A DNA stretch of 63,598 nucleotides, filler included, from Octopus bimaculoides (Eukaryota): NCBI RefSeq assembly GCF_001194135.2. It is 4 parts of 3 records of this genome, joined end to end, with 100 filler letters (N's around TTAATTAATTAA, not from the genome) between each part and the next. Parts side by side here need not be neighbours in the genome. Positions count along the whole stretch, not along the records: positions 46,034 to 60,151 come from NC_068982.1; positions 60,252 to 63,598 come from NW_026375260.1; 2 more parts are not named here. One strand, given 5' to 3'. This document shows, one piece after another, positions 49,504 through 62,859 of this stretch. Positions within the stretch are counted from its first letter, which is position 1. Every line of letters starts with the position of its first letter. A program made the position numbers and the translations under genes. The notes below the pieces were generated by a model. The model saw nothing but the letters and a program-made list of their open reading frames with translations. It did not search any database and was not told the origin of the DNA.

Positions 49504-52299
49504 ATCAACCTCTATATAGTTCGGCGATTCTTTAAAAGTTCTTTCAAAATTTTTCTTATAAAGATAAACTGAAAAGAAACGAAAAAACTTAAAGGTGGCA
49601 TCATCTGCCTGTTAAGAAATCCTTATATTGATTACCACTTATTATTCAGCTGCTAAATAGGAAACGAGTCTGACTGAGGATAATCCTTCGCTGCATCAGA
49701 GTAAACCTGGATTTTGTGTTGGATTTCCACCGTATTACCGTATGTGTTTTTTATTGGGAATCTTTTCTTGTTGACACTTTATTATGTATTGATTTTTTTT
49801 ATTTTTACCTTAATTTTTTTTTTTTTTACTTGATGTAACCCCTTCTCCCACTATTTTATATTTTGTCCCCAACATCTCAAGCCTTTGTGGCTAATAAAAG
49901 AAATAATCTTTGGTTTATCTTACAATCAGTGCCCATTCATATATTCATACAAATTGCGTGATACAAATTTGTGAAAACGAGGGATGGACTGAGTCAGTAA
50001 CAATATATTAAGACGCATTAATTGTATTTTCAATTACCCAAAACAGCAGTGAACTGACGGAGTCCTTAGAGCATCAGACAAAATGCCTTGCGGTATTTCT
50101 TCCGACTCTATGTTCTATGTTCAAATCCATTTCTACCTCTTCTAGCGACCTGTCACTTTAATCAATGCTCTCGCTTCTTTTTGCCCACTCTACGTAGACC
50201 ATCTCTCATTGCTGTCCCTTCAATTTAATTTTTGATCATGTCCCTCTGATCATATAGGCCGATAGAATAAAGTACCAGCTAAGTCGATGATATGGACTAA
50301 TCCATTCCCTTCAATCTCAAAATTGCTGGCCTTGTGCCTAAATCAGAATCAGTTACTCAAGTGTATGTGTATATGTGTGTGTGTGTGTACATATATATAT
50401 ATGTATATGTTCCTGCACAGGCACTCCTAATTAAAAGATGAATAAATGAAAACAAGGTAAATAAGAGCAGCGCGCACACAAACACACGAGAAGCTACCAT
50501 TTAGGTTGGATCGGATCCCCCTGTAATCTCCATTATCATACCAGCCTTGTACTGAAACCTTGGTCATCCTATGTTAGGTGGAGCAAAAAGTAGCCCAAAT
50601 TCTTCTCTGAGCGTTCCATTTTCAGACAATGCTAGACCATCGGTAAGGTTTTGACCAACAGTTTATCCCCTATTTTTTTTAATTTTAAATTCTGGCTCTA
50701 TTTTTTTCTCCTCCTCAGTTCTTACTTTGTGCGAGTGTTATTACTGTACCTGTCGTTGCCCAGTTCCTTGCATTCTGTTTTTTTAGGTCCTCTCGGCAGA
50801 AAGCTTTCAATTGGCTCTAACCACAACGTGTATAAACAGCTAGACCTTTTACCCTACACCACTATATAGTCTCAATGCCTTTCTCTCTACACCCCGTATG
50901 AAATGCAGCACTTGGATTATTCTAAGCTCTTCGAGGGTCATCAACACCAACATGTACATGTATGTAGACCTCACCGGACAACATGTCGTCCCTGACACCC
51001 CGGAGCTCACCACCCGCTCAAACCGTGCCATGAAGGTTACAAGCTAAGATCACTGTCGCAACTAATTTTCTTTGCCGTAACACTGCTGCATTGTCTCATG
51101 GATTGATACACCGGCATGTTTTCTTGCTTCATCCTTTCTCCTGAAAACCAGACTCATTTGACCTGCTCGATCAAGTGAAGAAACCTCGTTCTATACGTCA
51201 CTTAGAACCTCATTCAACTGGTCTTTTGAGAATAATTGAAGTAGATTTTGCCTGTTCTTCGGTTATTCCCTCAGTTAAGGAAGCACTTGCTTTAGTGACT
51301 TACCACTCACATTTTTTAATGGCTGCTAACTTCTGACACTTCCCTCTTGCAAAATGGCAGCAAAAGACATGTTGGTAATGTCTTCGTGTCCTGAAAATTA
51401 TTGTTTCCGCTTGTAAAAATTACTTTTTCATTCGATAAAGTGCTTGTGTCTGGTTGTGTAATTGAGTTTGTTTTCTCTTTATATGTTTGTACTCTGTGTT
51501 ATTAAATTCAATATTACGGAAATGCATGTAAACAAAAAAAATATATAAAAGAAAATCTTTTTGTGTACCTCAGGTAGGAAAGACTTCCTTACTAGTTGAA
51601 CACTGGGGTCAGTGTAATCGACTTATCCTCTACCCTTAAATTACTGGACTTGTGTCAAAATTTGAAGTCAATCAAGTGGTTCGATGTTTTACACGATGTG
51701 TTACTAAATGGAAATGTTCAAAAGATGCTGAATTTATCCAGAAACATAAGCTAATTGAATTTACCAAATATTAAATGTATATTTTTATTAACGATTTGCA
51801 AATGGTGCAGGCGTGACTTCCCGACCACATGCTCCTACGTTTAGTCCTATTGAGTAACACTTTGGGCAATCTCCTACCTCGGGCCGACCAAAGCCTTGTG
51901 AATGGATTTGGCAGACAGAAACTGAGAGAAGCCTGTCGTGTATATATATATATATATGTATGTATGTGTGTGTTGGAGATAGGTCGTTTTTTTTTTCGCC
52001 CTTACTCCCTTAATATAATTATATACATATACATATAATTATTAATTTCGATAATATACACATGTCTGTCGTGAAAAAGGTATTAATCTAACTTTTATTT
52101 GATCTGTATGTGCAAATATTTGTATGTGGAGTGCGAATCTGTTTTGTACGGGTATGTACAATTATTTGTATTTTTATTTCTCGTGTATTTTGTTGACGAA
52201 GGAAATTGGACCCAAATCACAATTAACGTGAAGTCTTTCTTTTTTCACCCTCTCGCCTACAATCCGTGTTTATTTTTGGAGTTTAAAAGCTGTGTATAA

Positions 52300-52545
52300 G
52301 ATTCATCAGATGTGTGCAAGAGAGAAGACTGTGCTGGTTTGGTCATGTGATGCATATGGACGAGGACAGCTACATAAAAAAGTGCTGAGCTCTAATTATA
52401 GAAGGTACTTGTGGAAGGGGTAGACATGGGACGAAGTGGTGAGAAAGGATCTTCTGACATTGGGCTTCAACGAGGAAATGACAAAGGACTGGGAGATGTG
52501 GTGATTTGCTGTACTTGATAAGACATGTTAAGCTAAGTAAAATCT
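52300..52545 (+). mobile_element. RTE LINE extreme 3' ORF fragment
   Basis: CVQERRLCWFGHVMHMDEDSYIKKC...WDEVVRKDLLTL resembles 15880-16090. Confidence 0.7.
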
Positions 52546-53449
52546 CTGTCTTCCATGCTTACAGGCTTGTCCTTTCAGGTGCTGGCGCCACATAAAAAGC
52601 ACTCATGCTGGTGCTGTGTTAACACACCTGTACCAGTGGCACGTAAAAAGCACCCAGCATACTCTGCTAAGTGACTGGTGTTAGGAAGAGCATCCAGCCA
52701 TAGAGATGATGTCACAACAGACAGTTGGAGTTTGGACAGCTCCCTGCTAACCAGCTCCATGCGAAACCATCTAACCCATGCCAGCATAGTGTGCAGACAT
52801 TAAATGATGATGGAGATGATGACACTGATCTGCTCCATAACAACATTGTGTGCAGTAAACTGCTGCCCACCAACACATGGGATGCAGAAAGAAATAATTT
52901 TGTCTAATACTTTGATAATACCTGCTTACACAATACATTCAAGATTTTCCATTTGAATCATCTGTAGTGATTCACCGTGGAGGCGCAATAGCCCAGTGGT
53001 TAGGGCAGCGGTCTCGCGGTCATAGGATTGCGGTTTCGATTCCCAGACCGGACATTGTGAGTGTTTATTGAGCAAAAACACCTAAAGCTCCACGAGGCTC
53101 CAGCAGGGGATGGTGGCAAACCCTGCTGTACTCTTTCACCACAACTTTCTCTCACTCTTATTTCCTGTTTCTGTTGTACCTATAATCCAAAGGGCTAGCC
53201 TTGTCACACTGTCACGCTGAATATCCCTGAGAACTACGTTAAGGGTACATGTGTCTGTGGAGTGCTCAGCCACTTGCATGTTAATTTCACGAGTAGGCTG
53301 TTCCGTTGATCGGATCAACTGGAACCCTCTACGTCGTAAGCGACAGAGTGCCAACAACAACAACAGTGATTCACCGAATGCATTGGTTTCTTACTGCATT
53401 CTGCTGAATTATGAATTAATCCTAACAATGCAAGAAAGTTAAATGTAGT

Positions 53450-54230
53450 TTCAATGACTTTTCATATTTTCATCTGTATTGTCAGTTTGCTCTTGTTCCA
53501 ACAGCTAGATGAATTTTCTGTATAGAACACTAGCAACTAAACTACACCATTCTCTGTGACTTCTTTAAACCTCCTATCATTTGCAAGTGTCACTGTAGTT
53601 TCCCAACTTTGATATGGACTTTTTGTTTGTAGAATATTTGTAAAGTTATGGATACAGTTTGGCCATATATTTTTCCAAGCATCATTCAAAGTTAAGAGTT
53701 TCCCTTCATCCCATGATTCTTTTAAGTTGGATATCTTCTTTTGTTAGTTGTTTGAAAGTTCAAATAATTTGCCTTCATGATAACGGTCACACCTTGAACC
53801 ATTGGTTAGAGCTTAGAAGTTGTATTCTTGGAGATATATTTTAACCTTGCATTATCAGAAAGCTCATCCAAAGTACAGTGGGTGGCTTGATTCATTGTCT
53901 AAAAGGAACCGTTCTTTCTTGGAAATATTATGTCTGACACTGTACCTTTCTACATCAGGACAAAAATGCTTGTAAACCACTCTTTGAATAGGGTTTTAGT
54001 CATCCATACCTTCCTAATTTGAACACCAATTCAGAGGTAGACTAAATGTTGTGTAAATCTTGAAGGCCTTTTGATTTTCAGAGTGATAGACAAATAGGAG
54101 TTTTTATTTCATATCACCTGCAGTATTTCCTCTCAGAAGAAGCATCACATTTTTAGCTTTAAATCCTGGTGTTCCCTTTGCTTCTTGAGAAATATAAGTT
54201 TTAGCTGGCATGCACTCCCAGAAAAATGTT
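53450..54230 (-). mobile_element. Decayed Tigger/pogo (CENP-B-like DDE_1) transposase
   Basis: FFWECMPAKTYISQEAKGTPGFKAK.VMLLLRGNTAGDMK.KLLFVYHSENQKAFK, WMTKTLFKEWFT, FLLDNESSHP and PMVQGV match the Tigger motifs LFWKRMP.RTYI/PGFKA.KDR/LLLDNAP.HP/QPMDQG. Confidence 0.8.
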
Positions 54231-57200
54231 AATTTCCACATTGTTTGTAAAACAGAGTTCCAGGATATTTTTGTGCCTGGTTGGAGAGAGTATGATCTGC
54301 TCCATAAATAGCATTTTCGTAACATCAAGTAGAGATTCTGCTTGATTTCCTTCTTTGTGCGTCATTTCTGGGTCTAAGTTGCCCTCAGGCCACCTGATGT
54401 TGGGGAAGTTGAAGACACCCACCCATCAGGAATATAGTAATGACGTTGATGTTGGTGTGATTTATATATCTTTTATCTTTTACTAGTTTCAGCAAAAGGC
54501 TGAGGTTATGCTGGTGTACCACCTGTAGTTACTCAGTGTTGTTCTAATATTGTTTTTGGTGAAATAGCAAGCTGAACGGAGCTGATCTTCACGTCTCATG
54601 CCGCAATGTAGATTCATCTGGTATATCAGATAGAAACCTGTCCTGACATTCCTTGAAGACTTTCACATCAACACCATGTAAATCTCTGAGGTTGCCTGGA
54701 AGGATGTTGAACAATTGCAGGCCCTTGAAACCCAGACTGTTGCAGTGCTGTGTCCTTATTGTAGATGGGGAAGACAGAATCTTTGGTATGATGCAGTGCC
54801 ATCCAGTGTGAGAACTGGTATAGTTGTCAATACCAAAATTGGGAGCTAAACCCTCTAAGATCTTTCAAATATGTATCACCGCATATCTCTCTCATCTTCT
54901 CTCCAGGAATAGAGACTCAGCTCCTTTAGTCTCTCACAGTAGCCCATCTTTTGCATTGAGTTCAACAGTTTGTTTCACACTCTGTGGGGAACATAGTTGG
55001 GTGCAGTAGTCCAAGGGGCTGAGAATGAAAGTCTTCCATAGGAGTAGCAGGGCTTCCCTTTTCCTGGTTCTGAATGTCCTCAGAATCCAGCCAGCCACTC
55101 ACCTGCACAGTGTTGCCATCTTGGTAATATGCACATGGAATATTGCATCATTGCTTATGTGAACCCCCAGGTCACGCACCGACTCTGACTCTGGGATCAT
55201 ATTACCTTCTGGTCCAGTGTATTCCGATTTTAGCCTGGTGTTGGACCAATTGTGGGATGCCTGAAATTTCATAGCATTGAACTGCATGTTATTTTTGTTA
55301 GCCCATTTGTAGATTTCGTTCAGGTCTTTCTGCAGTTTTATGATGTCCTCTGGGTTCCTAACTGCCTGCGATACTTTTGTGTCATCAGCATAACTGGTCA
55401 GATTGGCTGACTGTACCCTGGAGGGCATGTCTGAGAGGGCCATCACAAATAGTAGTGGCTCCAGTACAGTTCCCTGTGGGACTCTGCTGAGAATTGGTGT
55501 CTCTTCAGAGTGAGCACCATTGGCTACAACTGTCTGATTCCTGCCCTTCAGAAAATCATGAAGCCACTCTCCCAGTTTCCCAGTAATACCAAGGTTACGC
55601 AGCTTGTGATCTGTCATGCCATGATCAATCTTGTCGAAGGTCTTGGCAAAGTCGAGGTATATCACATCTACAGCTGACTGGTTTAGCCGTTGCTTCAGTA
55701 CCCAGTCAAAGTACTGCAGAAACTGAGCCAGCTCCTCCCTGAATGGAAGCTATGTTGCGTGTTTGTGAGAAGGTTGTTTTCTTCTAGGAATGTGATCAGC
55801 CTTTTTTCTGACAATGCATTCCATTGTCTTGCTATCATGTAAGGTCAGAGAGATGGGACTATAGTTTTTAGCATCTTCTCTGCTCCCTCCTTTATGAACA
55901 GGGCATAGTTTACCACATGCAAAGAAACCCTGAAAGAGTATCTGCAGTGGCTTTGCAAGAGCCTTTTTACATGTCTTTAAGAGAACAGCCAGGAGTCCAT
56001 CTGGGCCTGTTGCTGAGTTTGATCTCATCTCATCAATGGTCGATATTACATCCTCTTCTGTTATGTTGATGTAATCGATTATTGCCTCTTTTCTGAATAG
56101 GTTCATTACATTGAAAATCTCCTTCCACTTGTTTATTTGCATATTTTCCAGTGGAGAAGTGAAAATACTTTGGAATTATTTTTGTGCTTCACTTATCTTC
56201 CTTGGGTCTGCAGTTAGTGAGCTGCTTTTACCAAATAGTGGCCCTATCTTATAGCATACTGAAGCAGACTCCTTTGCCAACGTGTAGAAGGCTTTCGGAT
56301 TTTTTAAATATATTTTCAACTGCCCAGCTTCCTCTTTCTTCTCTTTCTTTTTCATGGGAGATTTTGAGTTTATTTTCTATCTGGAAGAGTTCCTCTGTCA
56401 GATGGGATTTCACACTGTCATTAAGGTGTTTGTTTAAATGATTTGAGATCTTTATTCTCCACCACATGAGTATTCCCCTGTCTGGGGGAATGATGTTTTT
56501 TTTTTGTGTATTGGCTCCCTTCTCTGGGGCATATTTAATGCATTTAGCTCACATTATTTACATAAATTGAGTTTCATATCTGTCTTACAAAGAGAGGCTT
56601 TTTGGCCAGTCCTGCTGGAGTATCTGTTTTCCAAGTGACTTCCAGTCAGCCTTATAGAAATTTTAACTGGATAGGGTTTGAGCACCATCTGTGCGGAGTT
56701 TATCTTTAGTTAATTCCAGACCATACATTGTCAGTTCTATCATGCTATGGTCCGAGAATATTGTGGGTGATATATTTCCACATTGTAAAACAGAGGTCCA
56801 GGATATTTTTGTGCCTGGTTGGAGAGAATATGATCTGTTCCATGAATAGCATTTTTGTAAGATCAAGTAGAGATTCTGCTTGATTTCACTCTTTGTGTGT
56901 CATTCCTGGGGTTATATTCCCCCCAGGCCACCTGATGTTGGAGAAGTTGAAGTCACCTATCATGAATACAGTAGCACATTGATCCAACTGTGTTAGTATT
57001 GTACTGAGGCTTTCCTCAAATTTTCCATCATGATTTGTGGCATCAAGTGGGTGATATAGTGTGCATGTTGCTTTAGATGTACTATGAGTGTGTCACACAC
57101 TGAGTTCAAATTTGTTAACAGGGTTAATGGTGTGACATCTTCATGGCTGTACATTGCAACTCCACCGTCACTTCTTTTCCTTCTGTCTGTATGGAAGATA

Positions 57201-57590
57201 GCATACATTGGTATGTTTCGCCACATCACTTATGTCTGCAGATAGATGTGTTTCTGTAAGTGTAATGCATATAGCTTCTTTACATGTAGAAAAATTCTTC
57301 AGATGCTCAATTTTGCATTTACTGTTGTTTTGCAGCAGGACTCTTATATTCATCAGTAGAAATGGCGTTGGTGTTCGTGTGTTGGGTGGTTTGGTGGCAG
57401 TGGTAGCCAACCAGGGTCCATCAATTGTGGCAGTCTTGTGTGCATGGGTACATAGCTCATTTTTGTCTTTTGCCATGACAACCGTTGCACTATTTCCTGT
57501 GTCACACTTAAAAAAATGTTCTTGTTCAACCGCTGCAGCTTGTACTGCATCTGCATATGACTTCTGTCTGGCCTTCTTTTCTGCAGGTTT
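54231..57590 (-). mobile_element. CR1/L2-type LINE, degenerate near-complete ORF2 (APE endonuclease + RT), plus an extra endonuclease fragment at 54231-54440
   Basis: LTETHLSADISD, GDFNFSNIRW, SATGPDG, YLDFAKTFDKIDHG, PQGTVLEPLLF, YADDTK and RDLGVHIS, with frameshifts. Confidence 0.85.
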
Positions 57591-58190
57591 GGATCCTGAG
57601 AACATTCAGAACCAGAGATAAGGAAACCATGATGGTCCTATGGGGGACATTTGTCCTCAGCCACCTGGATTACTGCTTTCAGTTATGGTCACCCAACAAT
57701 GTAAAATTAACAGTGGACCTTGAAGCAATCCAGTGAAGCTTCACAAAGAAGATTGTCTCATTGCAACAGCTCAGCTACTGGGAAAGGCTGTAACAGCTAA
57801 GACTCTATTGCCTGGAGCGAAGGTGGGAGAAGTATGTGGTAATATACATCTGGAAGATCCTGGAAGGAATTGTGCCAAATTTTGGCATTGAAAGCTACAC
57901 CAATGCCAGAACGGATCAATACTGCATAGTACCAAAGATCCCAGCAATACCATCGCACTTCAGGACCAGTTATTGCAACAGCCTAGGTTTCAGGGGCCCA
58001 CAGCTTTTTTTAATATTCTCCCAAAGAGCCTGAGGAATCTGCACAATGTAGATGCAGGCGTATTTAAATCAAGGTTGGACCTCTTCCTGTCAAGAGTCCC
58101 AGATGAACCTACCTCACTACAAGAGGTGCAAATGAGGGTAGCTACATCAAACTCCATTCTTCACCAAGTGCCACATATTGGAGGAGCTCC
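57590..58190 (+). mobile_element. CR1/L2-type LINE 3' fragment
   Basis: WILRTFRTRDKETMM...LDYCFQLWSP...LGFRGPQLF...LDLFLSRVPDEP. Highly similar to 63283-63598. Confidence 0.8.
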
Positions 58191-60065
58191 TAGGGGCATC
58201 CTGTCTTGAATTCCTCTGTTATTGCCTCTACCTCTACCCGGAATTCTTCACTGTACTCGTTGCCAACTCTATACATGGCTCGCACAGCTCTCACTAACCA
58301 TTCATCTATCCGTAGTTTCCTCATTGACCACCAGATAAGGGAACGGGGAACCCTGTCAAAGGCTTTCTCCATGTCAACAAAAGCCAGGTACAGAGGTTTA
58401 TCTTTGGCTAGGTATTTCTCCTGCAGCTGTCTTACCAGAAATATAGCATCAGTGGTGCTTTTCCCTGGCACAAATCCAAACTGCATCTCATCTAAACTGA
58501 CTCTCTCCCTAATTAGTTGGGCTATGACCCTCTCCGTGACCTTCATTACCTGATCCAACAACTTGATACCTCTGTAATTGTTTGTGTCTAAAGCATCACC
58601 TTTACTTTTGTAGCAATTGACTATGGTGCTGCTNNNNNNNNNNNNNNNNNNNNNNNNNNNNNNNNNNNNNNNNNNNNNNNNNNNNNNNNNNNNNNNNNNN
58701 NNNNNNNNNNNNNNNNNNNNNNNNNNNNNNNNNNNNNNNNNNNNNNNNNNNNNNNNNNNNNNNNNNNNNNNNNNNNNNNNNNNNNNNNNNNNNNNNNNNN
58801 NNNNNNNNNNNNNNNNNNNNNNNNNNNNNNNNNNNNNNNNNNNNNNNNNNNNNNNNNNNNNNNNNNNNNNNNNNNNNNNNNNNNNNNNNNNNNNNNNNNN
58901 NNNNNNNNNNNNNNNNNNNNNNNNNNNNNNNNNNNNNNNNNNNNNNNNNNNNNNNNNNNNNNNNNNNNNNNNNNNNNNNNNNNNNNNNNNNNNNNNNNNN
59001 NNNNNNNNNNNNNNNNNNNNNNNNNNNNNNNNNNNNNNNNNNNNNCCACGTTACTTTGGGTCGAGAGGGGACTTTGCACCACCCACAGATCTGGTCAGTG
59101 GCCCTCAGCAGGTTGTCCTGTAGAAACCTCCAGTTGTCTTCTACATCGTGTGAAGCTATATCCCCTTCTATTTCATCAAAGGCTTCGAGTAATACATCTC
59201 TAAATCTCTGTCCATTTGCAGGATCTTTAAGCTTCCAGACACTTCTCCTCCATGCAGGTCGTCTTTTGGGCAACCACTTAGCCCTGATCCTGAAGTCACT
59301 AACTACTAGTCTATGTTGTGGGGTACATTCTTCGCCTGGGAAGGTTTTGGCATTTATAAGCAGCCATCTTTCCATTTTCCTGACGAGAATGTAGTCGATT
59401 TGGCTAGTGTGCCTGCCAGAATGGTAGATGACTAGGTGACTGGCAGGTTTCCTGAAGTTAGTATTGCAAACCATAAGGTCATTTGCATCTCAGAACTCCA
59501 GCAGCCTGGTTCCCTCCTCATTGCAGAAACCAAAACGATAGCCTCCATGTATGCCATGGAAGTCCCCTGCATGTTGTCCAACATGTCTATTAAAGTCACC
59601 AGCCACAAAGAGAAGGTCCCTGTCATTCGTCAACGAGGTAGTCTGCAAGAGGGTGTCATGAAATCGGTCTTTCTGTCCATCAGGTAGCCCCAGCTGAGGG
59701 GCATAGGCTGAGATAATGGTTGCTAACCCATGATGAAGGACTAATCTAATCTTAAGTATTCTATCACATACTCTGACTACCTCGATTACCTTATCCACTC
59801 ATATCTCCGCAAGAAGTATACCCATGCCCCCGACCCCATCTGTGTTCCCTGCCCAGAAAATCTTGTACCTGTGTTGTTTGCTTGTGAGGAACCTAGCCGA
59901 ACCTCCTCTCCACCTTACTTCTTGGAGGCAGCAGATATTGACACATCTCCGTTCAAGCATCTCAACAATCTCACCAGACCTACTTTTCAGTGTGCCGACG
60001 TTGAGGGTGTGGGAGGTATGGGCCCGTGAGACCCTGGGACAGAGAACAGCAGCGTCATGTACCTG
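58186..60065 (-). mobile_element. RTE-clade LINE, 5' portion (APE endonuclease + RT N-half), internally deleted
   Basis: TLNVGTLKSRSGEIVEMLERR.VNICCLQEVRW, SAYAPQ, AGDFN, SQIDYILVR, QFGFVPGKSTTDAIF, FVDMEKAFDRVPR and FKTGCP*ELL. Confidence 0.9.
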
Positions 60066-60118
60066 AAAAGAATATATATACATATATATATATACATATA
60101 TATATATATGTATATGTA

Positions 60119-60151
<33 letters not shown>

Positions 60152-60251
60152 NNNNNNNNNNNNNNNNNNNNNNNNNNNNNNNNNNNNNNNNNNNNTTAAT
60201 TAATTAANNNNNNNNNNNNNNNNNNNNNNNNNNNNNNNNNNNNNNNNNNNN
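60152..60251. other. Artificial scaffold join: 44 N + TTAATTAATTAA + 44 N
   Basis: 12-mer at 60196-60207. Confidence 0.9.
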
Positions 60252-60289
<38 letters not shown>

Positions 60290-61662
60290 TGTGTGTGTGA
60301 TCGAGCGTGTTCGTCTGTGTACCTCATCAATAACTGTGCAATAACTGAAACAAGTAAAAGATAAAATAATTAAGTTGTTAAATCAATCACGTTCGTTACT
60401 AGGATTTCGTGGCTTTACCTTCAGCACGAAGGGCTAGTTGATGGCATGTTTTTCTATGTGATCCATAAAAATGTTACCGATAACCTTTAAAATGCTGACC
60501 GTTGAAGTTATACTGCACAGCGTATTGCGAAAATTTTCTAAATGAGTAGTGTTTAATTTGTGCGCGTACACTTCCGCTTCACCTATACATGAGTGCGTGC
60601 GTGCGTGCGTGCGAGCGTGCATGCGAGTGAGCGCGTATGCGAGCGAGCGAAAGTGAAAGAAATGGATAAATAATTTATGAACTATATGCTTCAAAAGTGT
60701 ATGGAATCCACGTTATGAAACATCAAATCCATTTCATATGAGATGCGTATTCATATGGGACATGTATTTGATGCATTGATTAGTAAATTTATGGATCAAT
60801 TATGATTTCATTTGGTTTTCTATACAAGCCTGTATATACTCAGGAATTAAGCAAACGTTTTATCACGATCGATTGGATCTTCTTAACTTTATAAATGTGT
60901 GTGTATGTGCGCGCGTATGCATGCGTTCGTGCGTGTGTCTGGAAATGTTCCGAAGCAAGCTTATAAATACTGGAATGCAAATGAGAAAATATATAAACGA
61001 ATACTACAGGAGAGAAACCATTAATAATTATGGGTTAACCATTTAAACACATTGCGAACAAAAGCCAATTCATAGATAACAAACATGAAATATAGCCCAA
61101 GTAAAAACTTCGTTTGCTAGACATTGCTATATATTATACCATTACCGGCATGGTTTATCATAGGACTTGATATATTGTTCTGACCATTAGCTGTCATATC
61201 TTTATCCTATTGAGTGTTCAGAGGACATAAAAGGGTTTTCTCTTTTAAATAGATGCTTACCATGTAGTCATTATAAATTACAACACTTTATTCTGTTCAG
61301 ACCAACTAATTGATTTCTTTTTTCAAGACATATATCCTTGATATAAAAAAAAAATGAGAAAAATGCATATATTCCCCAAGAGTCATCATGACGAATGCAA
61401 TTTATATGCCACTGAGTTTAAATGATAAACAGGTCGGAGAATAAAGGAAGGCTTTAGCGGCGCTTTCTGTAAAACAGTCTCTTGTCTTATTATTAAATGA
61501 GAGTTATTTACTAACAGTTTCGATTCGGAACCAATAAATTTATAACTTCTAACAACTCTCGTGTTTGTAATCCACGAGTGTTTCTCTCTATATATCAAAC
61601 GTAAATGATTGCTTTTGAATATTGGAATGCATATACTGAACATCACATGGCTGCAAGCAAAG

Positions 61663-61722
<60 letters not shown>

Positions 61723-61863
61723 CCACAGACTTGGCTGTGTTGTAAGAAACTTGCTTCCCAACCACATAGTTCCAAGTTAAGCCCAACTGCGTGGCAACTT
61801 GGTCAAGTGTCATATGCTATAGTCCCGGGTCAACCAAAGCCTTATAAGTCGATATATATATAT

Positions 61864-61912
<49 letters not shown>

Positions 61913-62636
61913 CACTGTTAATTAACATAATAGATGCACAAGCAAACATAAACTAACGCAGAAGGTCATCAAATTCTCATCAGTAATCGGCCAGAGCTGA
62001 ACGTAATTTCGTCTTACGATGAAATTGTTTCCCTTCTAGTGATGACGGCAATATGAAGCCACCGGGAAACGGAATCAAACAAAACAGGACTTGAACGAGC
62101 AAACAAGAAATGGATAAACATGCAATAGAGAAGTAGATACTCGAACATGAATAAATGTGATTCAGGGCAAGGGACAAAGACTAAAAGAAACAAGTTCAAA
62201 TAAATACACTGAATATAGCCTTAGTGCAAGGCAAGAGACGAAAGTATGGATAATAATAACAGTATGGATAATACTAATCTTACAGGATTAGGAACAGAAC
62301 GGAAACAGGTAGTAGTGGAAGACTAAAGAAAATACAACCAGTTGCTTCAGCGGTCGGCAGGAAAAGGAAATGAGGAGGAGAAAAAGAAACAGATGAAAAA
62401 GATTACCACGTGTCAGTATTAGGAGGGAAAGTTGTAGAGGGTACAGTGAGATGCAGAAGTAGAGAGAGAAGAGGATAAAGAGAAAGGAAGAGAACGGATT
62501 GGAATTTATATCGTAGGAATATGTCGTATATATTTACAAATTTGTTTTGACTTCGATTTTTACCAATACTGGTGCTGAATAGCACCCTCAGTCGCTGCAT
62601 TTTTCCTTTCGGTTGAAAAACTGCAGAAAAGACACT

Positions 62637-62667
<31 letters not shown>

Positions 62668-62859
62668 NNNNNNNNNNNNNNNNNNNNNNNNNNNNNNNNN
62701 NNNNNNNNNNNNNNNNNNNNNNNNNNNNNNNTATATATAAAATAAGGAAGAATGACCACCAAACGTGGACTCCTATATACTAGAAATAGATGCCAAATCA
62801 CCTAAACACGAGGAGTATGTTCTCAAGCAAAAATTTCAGCAAGACGCCAGACTGTATTT

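Noticed and set aside
50975-51390. Two minus-strand exon-like blocks (50975-51140, 51311-51390) with canonical splice sites
   Set aside because: No continuous reading frame or recognisable peptide. Such sites arise by chance and need RNA evidence.
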